From positions 6,691 through 70,690 of the forward strand of contig JAPKYE010000028.1 in the NCBI GenBank assembly GCA_026394495.1: a stretch of 64,000 nt of DNA, read 5' to 3'. Positions 20,355-28,651 of the stretch are shown in pieces; the stretch's first letter is position 1; every line of letters begins with the position of its first letter. The notes under the pieces are model-generated. The model was not told the origin of the DNA. It worked only from the letters and a program-made list of their open reading frames with translations, and made no database searches. The stretch is from Methanobacteriota archaeon (GTDB lineage Archaea; Thermoplasmatota; E2; DHVEG-1). The position numbers and the translations under genes were made by a program.

Positions 20355-20840
20355 TATACCTCTAATTTTTGATAGCGTGCTTTCACCGGTTTGTTTTTTG
20401 TAAATTTATTTTACACATAAAAAGAATCGCTTTGGTGTGTTGATTGGTTGTTTACAGGTGATGTATAATTATTATCTTAGGCTTGAGAACTCATTTTTTC
20501 CTCTATGAAACTATAGAATTAATCAGCAATAATATTTTATTTTGAAAGATAGAGGAACTTTGCTTTTTTTTGCTTTATAAGTATTTCTCTAAAAATTGCG
20601 ACATATTTATATAATAGCAGTGATAAATATATACACGTGCATGACATTGCCACGCATTGAAGGTGGCATGGTTGTCAAGACGAAAATAAAATATATATGG
20701 AAAAGGGGGAAAAAAAGAAAAAAATCAAAAATTTTGTTTGGGAAAAGGCTGTAGTTTTCTTAATGGAGAAAATGACGACCAGGACGTAACCGTTAGAAGT
20801 CCTTATCCTGGAAGGCAAAAAAATATTAAAAAAAAACTGT

Positions 20841-21695
20841 ATGAAAAAGGAGAAAAAGAAAAACATGAAAAATACTAAAATTTTTGGGATAGGAATAGCA
20901 GCGTTTATGATTTTAGCTGTATTTACAGTAATGATGGCCACGCCTGTACTGGCTGACGGTGATCCTTATGATGGCGCAAATGGAACCGCAGACCATCCTG
21001 ATGGACATCCTGGTCTACCTGGAGATGCAAGTCATCCAAATGGTGGTAACGGCGGGCATGCGTACCCAGGTAGTACCGGTAATGGTGGAAAAGGTGGCGA
21101 TGGAGCCTACCAAAATCCTGGTGATGGTGGCAAAGGAGGAAATGGTGGACAAAGTGCTGGTAATGGGAATGGCGGGGATGGCGGCAAAGGCGGAGGCAGC
21201 GGATCTGGTAAAGGTGGCGATGGTGGAGACGCGGGAAACTCTGGTCCCGGCAGTGGTAATGGTGGCAAGGGTGGAGAAGCAGGAGGCAGCAGTACTGGTG
21301 AGGGTGGCGAGGGTGGACACGGTGGAAACGCTGGTGGAACTGGTAATGCTGGCGAAGGTGGAGACGGCGGAGACAGCGGTACTGATAATGGCGGAGATGC
21401 AGGAGATGGGGGAAACAGTGTTGGTGGTGGTGGTGGAGACGGCGGAGACGGCGGTGATAGCGGTGGTGGTTTAACTAAACATGCCGGTGATGGCGGTGAT
21501 GGTGGAAATGGAAATCCTCCTGGAGAAGGGGGACATCATGGGACATGTGGAGGTGGGTGGCAAGGCTGGGATGGAGATGACGGCGATGTCCCACCAATAC
21601 CAGGGGAGAAAGGGAAATTTGAAAAGGTCATAAAAGGGATTGAAACAGGTGTGGAAGTAGGGAAAGTAATAGCACCCCTAATAAAAGTAAAGTAA
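20841..21695 (+). CDS. Secreted Gly/Asp/Asn-rich tandem-repeat protein (GNGGKGGDG-type repeats) with signal peptide and basic amphipathic C-terminal tail
   Basis: N-terminal KNTKIFGIGIAAFMILAVFTVMMATPVLA signal; ~200 aa of degenerate GGxGGxG repeats; coding strand G-rich, giving spurious ORFs in other frames. Confidence 0.6.
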   Translation: MKKEKKKNMKNTKIFGIGIAAFMILAVFTVMMATPVLADGDPYDGANGTADHPDGHPGLPGDASHPNGGNGGHAYPGSTGNGGKGGDGAYQNPGDGGKGGNGGQSAGNGNGGDGGKGGGSGSGKGGDGGDAGNSGPGSGNGGKGGEAGGSSTGEGGEGGHGGNAGGTGNAGEGGDGGDSGTDNGGDAGDGGNSVGGGGGDGGDGGDSGGGLTKHAGDGGDGGNGNPPGEGGHHGTCGGGWQGWDGDDGDVPPIPGEKGKFEKVIKGIETGVEVGKVIAPLIKVK

Positions 21696-21760
21696 CTCCC
21701 TTTTTTCCTTTTTTTTCTTTCTCTTTTTTTTCTTTCAGCCTAAGACCTGCTTTTTTTGAC
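21696..21760 (+). terminator. Pyrimidine/T-rich tract downstream of the Gly-rich gene (candidate archaeal oligo-T terminator)
   Basis: ctcccttttttccttttttttctttctcttttttttcttt immediately after the stop codon. Confidence 0.35.
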
Positions 21761-21791
21761 AAAAACCAGACATTCTTTGTCGGAAACCCGA

Positions 21792-22050
21792 TAATTCCCA
21801 TAGGCATGACCTACAACCCCTTTCGTTGACCTGTTTTCAGAAGCTCTAATTACTCAGTAAAAACCAGGAGAAAAACACTTCCTATCTGTGTGACATTTTC
21901 ATTTCCCATCGGCGTCACCCAAAAACACCCTCGTTGACCCAGCCTCCTCCGGGAGAAATTTCCCATCCGCATGACCTGAAGTTTTTCCCATCGGCGTGAC
22001 ATTGCATTTCCCATCTCTGTAACATTTCATTTCCAGTCATTGTGACAACG
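21792..22050 (+). repeat. Array of 7 same-orientation repeats, consensus (A)TTTCCCATCGGCGTGACATT; two ~40-bp long copies and a final block of 4 contiguous 22-25-bp tandem units
   Basis: Copies start at ~21795, 21879, 21904, 21961, 21986, 22008, 22031; copies 1 and 3 extend to ...ACC-N7-ACCC-TTCGTTGACC. Confidence 0.7.
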
Positions 22051-22163
22051 TGCTCCCAATTTTTATCACATAATGTCTTCTGTCAGTCATTTTACTCATT
22101 CATTGCTACAATCCTTTAAAAAATGCTAACCTTCTTTAAAGAGGAGAGCATATCTTTTATCCA

Positions 22164-24008
22164 ATGCAATTTACTGTAAAAAAACGCGATGGCCCTGCAC
22201 GAATCGGCGAGCTTACTATTGACCAATCCATAGTTACTACCCCTACGATTCTCTATGTTCACACCACACGATGTACTGCACCAGATTTTGCGGATATGCT
22301 TTTAACAAATAATATAGCGAAAACACAGAAACCTGCTTTGAAAGTTCTTGGGAGTATTTTTTCAAAAGAGAATGTTACGGCAAATGAACTGACTCTATCT
22401 GATTATTTGTTGTATCCAAAAGATGTCCCAACGCAATTACATAAAGATGCATTCAAACATATAGATAAAAAGAACGCAGGATGTGTCATTGTTCCCGCGG
22501 ATCCATTGCTAATCCCTGATATAACACAAGACTCCACTGCAACCATATTTATTGTTGCGAATGCTGCTCAACTCTTCTCTCAGCAGTCCGCATTCATTAG
22601 TTTCATTATTCAATTACGAGAGCACATCGGCTATCAGAAAACAATCTATCTTCCTTGCCTTGGTGATCCGACGAATCTTGCGGTTTTTACCTATATGGGT
22701 ATTGATCTCTTTGACTCGATGGCAGCGGTTCTTGCTGCACGAAACAATATTTTCTTATTTTCGACGGGTCCCTATCAAAAAAACGATCTGAGTGAACTTC
22801 CCTGCAGCTGCCCTGCTTGTACTAATGCAGGAAATGATCCATCGAAAATGGGTTACCCTGAGATCCTTCAGCACAACAACCATGGTCTTTACAACGAGTT
22901 GAAACAAATCAGAAATGCGATCACTCAAGGACAACTCAGAGAACTTGTGGAAATCAGGGTGCGAGCACATCCTGAACTCACCGCAGTTCTTCGACATCTT
23001 GATTCTGATCATTACCCTTTTCTTGAAGAAAGAACTTCTCTAATACGAAAACATCCGTTGATTGCGACAACAAAGGAAGCACTCACCCGTCCGGAGGTAC
23101 GACGATTTCAAGAACGAGTAATTCATCGTTACAAAAAACCAAAAAACGCAAAAATTTTACTTTTGCTACCTTGCTCATCAAAGAAACCGTATTCGTTTTC
23201 AAAATCACATAACCTCTTCCAACAACGGCTTTTTGGTGCGAAAAACCCGTCTGTCGTCCATGAACTCATCATCACCTCCCCTCTTGGCGTTGTCCCAAGA
23301 GAACTCGAACTTATCCCTCCTGCTTCATCCTATGATATCTCTGTCACTGGCCACTGGGATGAAGATGAAAAACACATGATTCGCACACTTCTTCAGACAT
23401 ACCTCAAAAAAAACAAGTACGAAACAGTGATCATACATCTCCCGTTAGGTCTTGCAGAGTTTGTCACTGATCTTTTTGTGGACCCAATCATCACCTGTAC
23501 CGATAAACCAACATCAGAGGAATCCTTACACAACCTTTCTCTAGCCTTAGAAAAAACCACAGTATCCTACGACAACATCCCTGTTTCAATACGTGTAAAA
23601 GAAAACATGAAAGCAATAGCCAACTTTCAATTCGACGAAAAAGCTGCAGACATCCTTTTCAACGAAAGCGAAGTACGAGGAAAATACCCGTACTGGAAAC
23701 TTCTCTCAAATAAAAAACAAATAGGGATGATCACCCAGGAACGCGGATTTCTATCACTCACACTTGATGGGGCAGAACGATTGAAACAATCAGGAACATA
23801 TTGGGTAGACATCGCTGATGATTTCATCTTGAAAGGATCGTTGTTTGCCCCAGGCGTCAAAGATGCAGACTCACTGATTCGAATTGGCGATGAAGTTGTC
23901 GTAACGAGGAATAAATTAGTCTGTGGCGTTGGTGTCGCCCAGATGAACGGTACAGAAATGAAAGAATCTACAAAAGGGGAAGCAGTGAAACTGAGACATA
24001 TCGCGTAA
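22164..24008 (+). CDS. arcS: Archaeosine synthase ArcS (TGT-like domain + Zn-binding CxCxxC + PUA), alpha subunit of the ArcS/RaSEA system
   Basis: N-terminal KKRDGPARIGEL TGT-like fold; CSCPAC zinc motif; ArcS signature PC-x3-KPY-x2-S-x2-H present as LLPCSSKKPYSFSKSH; C-terminal PUA-like domain. Confidence 0.75.
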   Translation: MQFTVKKRDGPARIGELTIDQSIVTTPTILYVHTTRCTAPDFADMLLTNNIAKTQKPALKVLGSIFSKENVTANELTLSDYLLYPKDVPTQLHKDAFKHIDKKNAGCVIVPADPLLIPDITQDSTATIFIVANAAQLFSQQSAFISFIIQLREHIGYQKTIYLPCLGDPTNLAVFTYMGIDLFDSMAAVLAARNNIFLFSTGPYQKNDLSELPCSCPACTNAGNDPSKMGYPEILQHNNHGLYNELKQIRNAITQGQLRELVEIRVRAHPELTAVLRHLDSDHYPFLEERTSLIRKHPLIATTKEALTRPEVRRFQERVIHRYKKPKNAKILLLLPCSSKKPYSFSKSHNLFQQRLFGAKNPSVVHELIITSPLGVVPRELELIPPASSYDISVTGHWDEDEKHMIRTLLQTYLKKNKYETVIIHLPLGLAEFVTDLFVDPIITCTDKPTSEESLHNLSLALEKTTVSYDNIPVSIRVKENMKAIANFQFDEKAADILFNESEVRGKYPYWKLLSNKKQIGMITQERGFLSLTLDGAERLKQSGTYWVDIADDFILKGSLFAPGVKDADSLIRIGDEVVVTRNKLVCGVGVAQMNGTEMKESTKGEAVKLRHIA

Positions 24009-24013
24009 TGTGT

Positions 24014-25750
24014 TTATTTATGGGCAAAAATCCCAATCAATGACCCAGCTTTGTCTTTCTCAATTCTTACGATACCAAATCGTTCAAACTGCACGATTTC
24101 ACCGTTTTTCACCGCAGATAATGTATCCTCCACGACACCATCTACTTGGGTGAGGCTTTTAGGGTTGAATTCTTCGTTGTTATCAACAAGAAGACCCGAA
24201 ACAAGAATTTTTATAGCAATGTTTTTTTCTGTCGTCCACTGGATTTTCGCGGTCCCAGGAAGCACCGCATCCCCTGCATGTTCACCAGTTATTTCGTCCC
24301 CAATTTTTTTGATTTTCACATTCATGAGGTCTTTCAGCCGGAAGATGTCTCCTTCATTCATTTTCATGATGTCGTCTCTGGGAACAAAAAAAACATTATG
24401 CGTATCCAGTGTTCGTTCTCCAAGATCAACATTAGGATGAAACTTCAGATGAACCGTACGTTTTGATGCGTTTTTAACAAAGAGTTTCATAGGGTTTGGA
24501 ACAAAGAAATACCGTTTCACAACAGGATCAAGAATCTTCCGATTGCATGCTTCGACAAGGCTGAACGTCACCTGGGATTCAACCTTAGAAATCCCCTGAG
24601 AAAACACAAACTGTTTGATTGCCTCAGGAAGAATCCCTCGACGATGCAACCCTCGCAATGTCGGTAAACGCGGGTCATCATATCCTGAAACCAGCCCTTG
24701 TTCAATCAAAGGTTTGATCTTTCGTTTTGATACAGGCATCCCCTCAATAGAAAGCCTGGCAAACTCCATCAGATGCGGTTTTCGCAACTTCAACAACGAC
24801 AAAATATGAAAATACACCTCATCACGAAGCTCATATTCTTTTGTTCGAAACGGATGCGTAACCCCACTGATGCTGTCTTCTATTGCCCCTGCGAAATCAT
24901 ACGTCGGCCACATCCGATATTTTGTTCCTTTCAACGGATGAGCAGCATCAATAATCCTAAACAACGCAGGATCTCTCATCGCAGTATTCGCACTCTGCAT
25001 ATCACCGCGTAATCGTAGAATCGCACCCTGCTTACCTGATGTCACAAGGTCTCTCCACATATCTTTTGCATCACCAGGATGCGTGTTTTTACAGCTGCAG
25101 GATTTCGAATGAAACCGAGATTCTTTCATCATTTCAGGCGGGCATCGGCAGATATACGCATCACCCTGATCTATAAGCTGCTCAGCAAGTTTATAATGAG
25201 TCTCCAGATGATCAGACGTGTTATATTCCTGGTCCCATTTTATTCCAAGCCATAACAGATCCTGTTTCTGAGCATCATAAAACTCAAGCGAAGCATGCTC
25301 AGGGTTTGTATCATCAAAACGAAGGATGAATTTTCCGTTATACATCCGCGCATATTCAAAATCAACGATCGCCGCCTTAGCATGCCCGATATGCAGATAT
25401 CCGTTTGGCTCCGGTGGAAAACGAGTAATAACCTTTCCCATCTCAGCAAAGGGAAGATTCGGCAACGTAAAATCCCGTTCTTTTTTCTCTTTCAATAAGA
25501 GTTCAGGTGCGAGTTTTTCCAGCTCAGAACGCTGTTTATCAAGTGAGATGCGGTTAACCTCTTCGACAACCTTGCTTGCAACCGGAAAAATATCCTTCGG
25601 ACCAACACCAGTATCTTTCAATGCAGCAATGACTTTCCCAACGACTGCCTTAAGATTCGCCTTCCCATTAAATTGTACTGCGTTCTGCAATGCGTAGATC
25701 CGCGCAGTCTTTTGTATTTTCTCAGTCACCATACTATTTTTCTCTCTCAA
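24014..25750 (-). CDS. gltX: Glutamyl-tRNA synthetase, archaeal/eukaryotic type
   Basis: Class I HIGH motif PEPNGYLHIGHAKAA; 578 aa GluRS/GlnRS-family architecture. Confidence 0.88.
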   Translation of the reverse strand: MREKNSMVTEKIQKTARIYALQNAVQFNGKANLKAVVGKVIAALKDTGVGPKDIFPVASKVVEEVNRISLDKQRSELEKLAPELLLKEKKERDFTLPNLPFAEMGKVITRFPPEPNGYLHIGHAKAAIVDFEYARMYNGKFILRFDDTNPEHASLEFYDAQKQDLLWLGIKWDQEYNTSDHLETHYKLAEQLIDQGDAYICRCPPEMMKESRFHSKSCSCKNTHPGDAKDMWRDLVTSGKQGAILRLRGDMQSANTAMRDPALFRIIDAAHPLKGTKYRMWPTYDFAGAIEDSISGVTHPFRTKEYELRDEVYFHILSLLKLRKPHLMEFARLSIEGMPVSKRKIKPLIEQGLVSGYDDPRLPTLRGLHRRGILPEAIKQFVFSQGISKVESQVTFSLVEACNRKILDPVVKRYFFVPNPMKLFVKNASKRTVHLKFHPNVDLGERTLDTHNVFFVPRDDIMKMNEGDIFRLKDLMNVKIKKIGDEITGEHAGDAVLPGTAKIQWTTEKNIAIKILVSGLLVDNNEEFNPKSLTQVDGVVEDTLSAVKNGEIVQFERFGIVRIEKDKAGSLIGIFAHK

Positions 25751-26717
25751 TGGAATAATCAGCGAACGCGTTCAAAATATCTTTTACCTGCGAATCTCGA
25801 AGCACCTCAAGAACTTTCTTTGCTTTCTTGCAGTATTTCATCGAGGTTTGTTTCGCGTAATCAATCGATCCATTCTCACGAAATACCGTAAGAATCTGTT
25901 TGATATCAGTTTCTTTTGCATCAGGGTTCCCAAAAATCTTTTCAAGCAATTTTTTACCGTTTTTATCTGCATGTTCAAGTGCATGAACTGCGATCAAGGT
26001 TTTTTTTCCGTTGCGAATATCGTTACCGATATCCTTTCCTAGAACTGTTTCACTACTGCTTAAATCAAGGTAATCATCCCATATCTGAAATGCAAGACCT
26101 AAAAACAATCCGAAATCAGCAAGCGCTTTAACTTCCTCAACAGTCCCATGGCCGATGAGACATCCGCCTTTTGCAGCACAGGAGAACAACACCGCGGTTT
26201 TTTTATGAATCATATCAAAATACTCGTCTTCCGAAACAAGTTTTCTTTTCTCAAACTCCATATCAAGCTGCTGCCCTTCGCAGATATCCTCAATACATTT
26301 TACCAAGGAATATTCTACTTCTTTGAACACACGAAGATCCCCTGCAAGATCATGCATCGCCTCAAAGGCTTTCGCAAACAGCAGATCACCTGCCATGATT
26401 GCGGTTGGTTCCCCGTATTTCGTATGAACTGTGGGAACATTTCTTCGCAGATTCGCTTTATCCATGATGTCATCATGAACCAATGTGAAATTATGTACAA
26501 GCTCAAGTGCCACAGCAAACGGCATCACCACATCTACATCATCAGAAACACTCTCACAAGATAGCATCGCAAGACACGGACGCAGACGCTTCCCACCACT
26601 GCGAGGAAGATGCCACGATGCATCATACAGCAGCTTAGGCTTCTTCTCATTCATATACGACACAAGCTGTTTGTTAAAAAGAGCGGCTCGTGTTGAAAGT
26701 TCATTTTTTAAATTCAT
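25734..26717 (-). CDS. idsA: Polyprenyl (geranylgeranyl) diphosphate synthase; start probably the internal Met (MNLKNEL), overlapping the fni stop
   Basis: FARM LVHDDIMD and second DDYLD aspartate-rich motifs. Confidence 0.85.
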   Translation of the reverse strand: MNLKNELSTRAALFNKQLVSYMNEKKPKLLYDASWHLPRSGGKRLRPCLAMLSCESVSDDVDVVMPFAVALELVHNFTLVHDDIMDKANLRRNVPTVHTKYGEPTAIMAGDLLFAKAFEAMHDLAGDLRVFKEVEYSLVKCIEDICEGQQLDMEFEKRKLVSEDEYFDMIHKKTAVLFSCAAKGGCLIGHGTVEEVKALADFGLFLGLAFQIWDDYLDLSSSETVLGKDIGNDIRNGKKTLIAVHALEHADKNGKKLLEKIFGNPDAKETDIKQILTVFRENGSIDYAKQTSMKYCKKAKKVLEVLRDSQVKDILNAFADYSIEREK

Positions 26718-27777
26718 CGTACGTGACTCCCACTGAAGAAAGCGCATCAATGTTTTCCGCTCCAACCAAAAACATCGCGGTCTGCAGCTCCCGCACAACA
26801 AGATCACAAGAAAACAGTGTTGCTCGGGAATCCTTCATAGCGGATTTCAACAAACAACGAGCAAGACCAGCTGCGTTTGCCCCAAGCACCAATGCTTTAG
26901 CAGCATCAAGACCAGACCGTACACCACCAGTGGCAATAATCGGGAGTTTCCAGTCGTTAGCCTTTCCCACTTCAAGGATAGATGTCGGCGTGGGGATCCC
27001 CCAGTCCCAAAATGTTTTCCCAAGTCGAATGTTTGCCTCTTCATTCTTCATCTGTGCTCGGTAAAATTCCACAGCAGCAAAAGAAGTACCACCTGCACCA
27101 CCAACATCAATACCTGCAACACCTGCATGATAAAGGGATTGCGCGGCATTAAAAGAGATACCAGCACCGCTTTCTTTCACAAGCACAGGTTTTTTAAACT
27201 CTTTACACAACATGGTAATCGCATCAAGGCATCCTTTTGCATGGGCTTCTCCCTCAGGTTGCACTGCTTCTTGTAAAAAATTCAGGCATATCGCAATGAC
27301 ATCCGCATCAATCATCTCTACAATCGTTTTTGCATGCTCCAACAACTCTTCTTTTTCCCAGAGGACAATCTGTGATGCACCAATGTTTGCAATCTTAAGA
27401 GGAACATCATATTCTTTGATGATACTATAGGTTTCTTTCAGCTTTGGGTTTTCAAGAGCTGCACGCTGGGAACCAACCCCGAGGCCCACCTGGAGTTTCT
27501 CTGCAGCTGCAGCAAGATTCTCATTGATTTTTTTTCCTTCTGCATAACCACCGGTCATTCCTGCGATGATGAGAGGGGCACCAAGTTTCTTCCCAAATAA
27601 AACAGTGGACAGATCAATGTCTTCTTTGTTCAATTCGGGGAGCGCGTTATGCATAAGATGAACGTCATCCCAATAGTTATGATGCATGGAGACGTCTTCA
27701 TCAAGTGCGATTTGCACGTGTTCACGTTTTCGTTCTTCAGTCTGATTCATTTTTTCATCCCGTGAATGTAGGTGCAT
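26701..27777 (-). CDS. fni: Isopentenyl-diphosphate delta-isomerase type 2 (FMN-dependent)
   Basis: TIM-barrel IDI-2 family (…GAPLIIAGMTGG…GGTSFAAVE…ATGGVRSGLD…). Confidence 0.85.
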   Translation of the reverse strand: MHLHSRDEKMNQTEERKREHVQIALDEDVSMHHNYWDDVHLMHNALPELNKEDIDLSTVLFGKKLGAPLIIAGMTGGYAEGKKINENLAAAAEKLQVGLGVGSQRAALENPKLKETYSIIKEYDVPLKIANIGASQIVLWEKEELLEHAKTIVEMIDADVIAICLNFLQEAVQPEGEAHAKGCLDAITMLCKEFKKPVLVKESGAGISFNAAQSLYHAGVAGIDVGGAGGTSFAAVEFYRAQMKNEEANIRLGKTFWDWGIPTPTSILEVGKANDWKLPIIATGGVRSGLDAAKALVLGANAAGLARCLLKSAMKDSRATLFSCDLVVRELQTAMFLVGAENIDALSSVGVTYDEFKK

Positions 27778-28529
27778 ATGGTTTCCTCCCCGACAAGGAC
27801 CTTATAGAGTCTATTTTTTTTATTTCCATTGACGACGATGGTATCAATACCTAATTGTGCAATCATTTTTATTGTATTAATCTTTCCTTTCATGCCTTCC
27901 GTTACATCAGCATGGCCATCTACTGCTGTAGTGAGGTTCTCAAGATCGCCAACTGATGCAGATTTAAGGAGAACAGCGTCAGGGTTTTTCTTCGGGTTTG
28001 CAGAGTAAATACCGTCGACATCAACAACAAACACCGCTTTTTTTGGTTTATAATGCTTAGCAAGAACCCGCATCAGAAGGTCACCAGAGCAAATCGAAAA
28101 TGACAGAGTTTTATCTAAAGCGACATCGCCAAAAGTTACGGGGGTGAACCCTTTCTTCAGATAGTTATCTATAATTGAATAATTGATTTCATCAATGCGA
28201 TGGTCATCAAGTCTGAGGAAAGCATGCGGTGGAAGAGATATTGCAGAGATTTTTTTCTCCTGAAGAGTCGATAATACTAAAGAGTTTAACTCTTGAACTT
28301 TGGCCTGAGTAAGAGCAAAACCCTTTAGTTGATCTTTGTTATTGTATCCATCGTTCAACTGGTACTCCTTTGCAAGGATATGACCGTAGGATCCTGCACC
28401 ATGAACCAGTGCCAAAGGAATATCTGCTTTTTTGATCTCATATGCAAGCCGAGTCATGGTTTTTACATGGAAACAATACCGTTTGCTCTTATCTGTTATA
28501 ACACTTCCACCAAGTTTCACGATAAACAT
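27747..28529 (-). CDS. ipk: Isopentenyl phosphate kinase (amino-acid kinase family)
   Basis: MFIVKLGGSVITDK AAK-fold N-terminus; adjacent to fni/idsA; GGAGGA RBS supports the Met-8 start. Confidence 0.75.
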   Translation of the reverse strand: MFIVKLGGSVITDKSKRYCFHVKTMTRLAYEIKKADIPLALVHGAGSYGHILAKEYQLNDGYNNKDQLKGFALTQAKVQELNSLVLSTLQEKKISAISLPPHAFLRLDDHRIDEINYSIIDNYLKKGFTPVTFGDVALDKTLSFSICSGDLLMRVLAKHYKPKKAVFVVDVDGIYSANPKKNPDAVLLKSASVGDLENLTTAVDGHADVTEGMKGKINTIKMIAQLGIDTIVVNGNKKNRLYKVLVGEETICTYIHGMKK

Positions 28530-28651
28530 ACATCCTCCCGAATGATTCATGAGATAAAAAAGGATTGTGATATGGTAAAAAAACTGAAGACACCTGTTTT
28601 TTCTTTTATTCCTCCTGAAAAAAGAACGTCGAAACGTTAAATTATAGGATT

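Noticed and set aside
20959-21474. 171-aa plus-strand (alternative frame) and 101-aa minus-strand ORFs inside the Gly-rich gene
   Set aside because: Artefacts of the GGN-type nucleotide repeat, which is open in several frames. Only the frame with signal peptide and consistent Gly-repeat periodicity is taken as coding.
21792-22050. Possible CRISPR array
   Set aside because: Repeats are degenerate, the final four are contiguous with no spacers, spacing is irregular, and no cas genes are nearby.
21792-22050. Archaeal replication origin (ORB elements)
   Set aside because: Not confirmed: repeats are all direct rather than inverted around a DUE, and no orc1/cdc6 in the window. Kept as an open possibility in the findings rather than annotated as an origin.
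24051-25697. Several plus-strand ORFs (64-129 aa) antisense to gltX
   Set aside because: Shadow ORFs inside a well-conserved class I aaRS gene.
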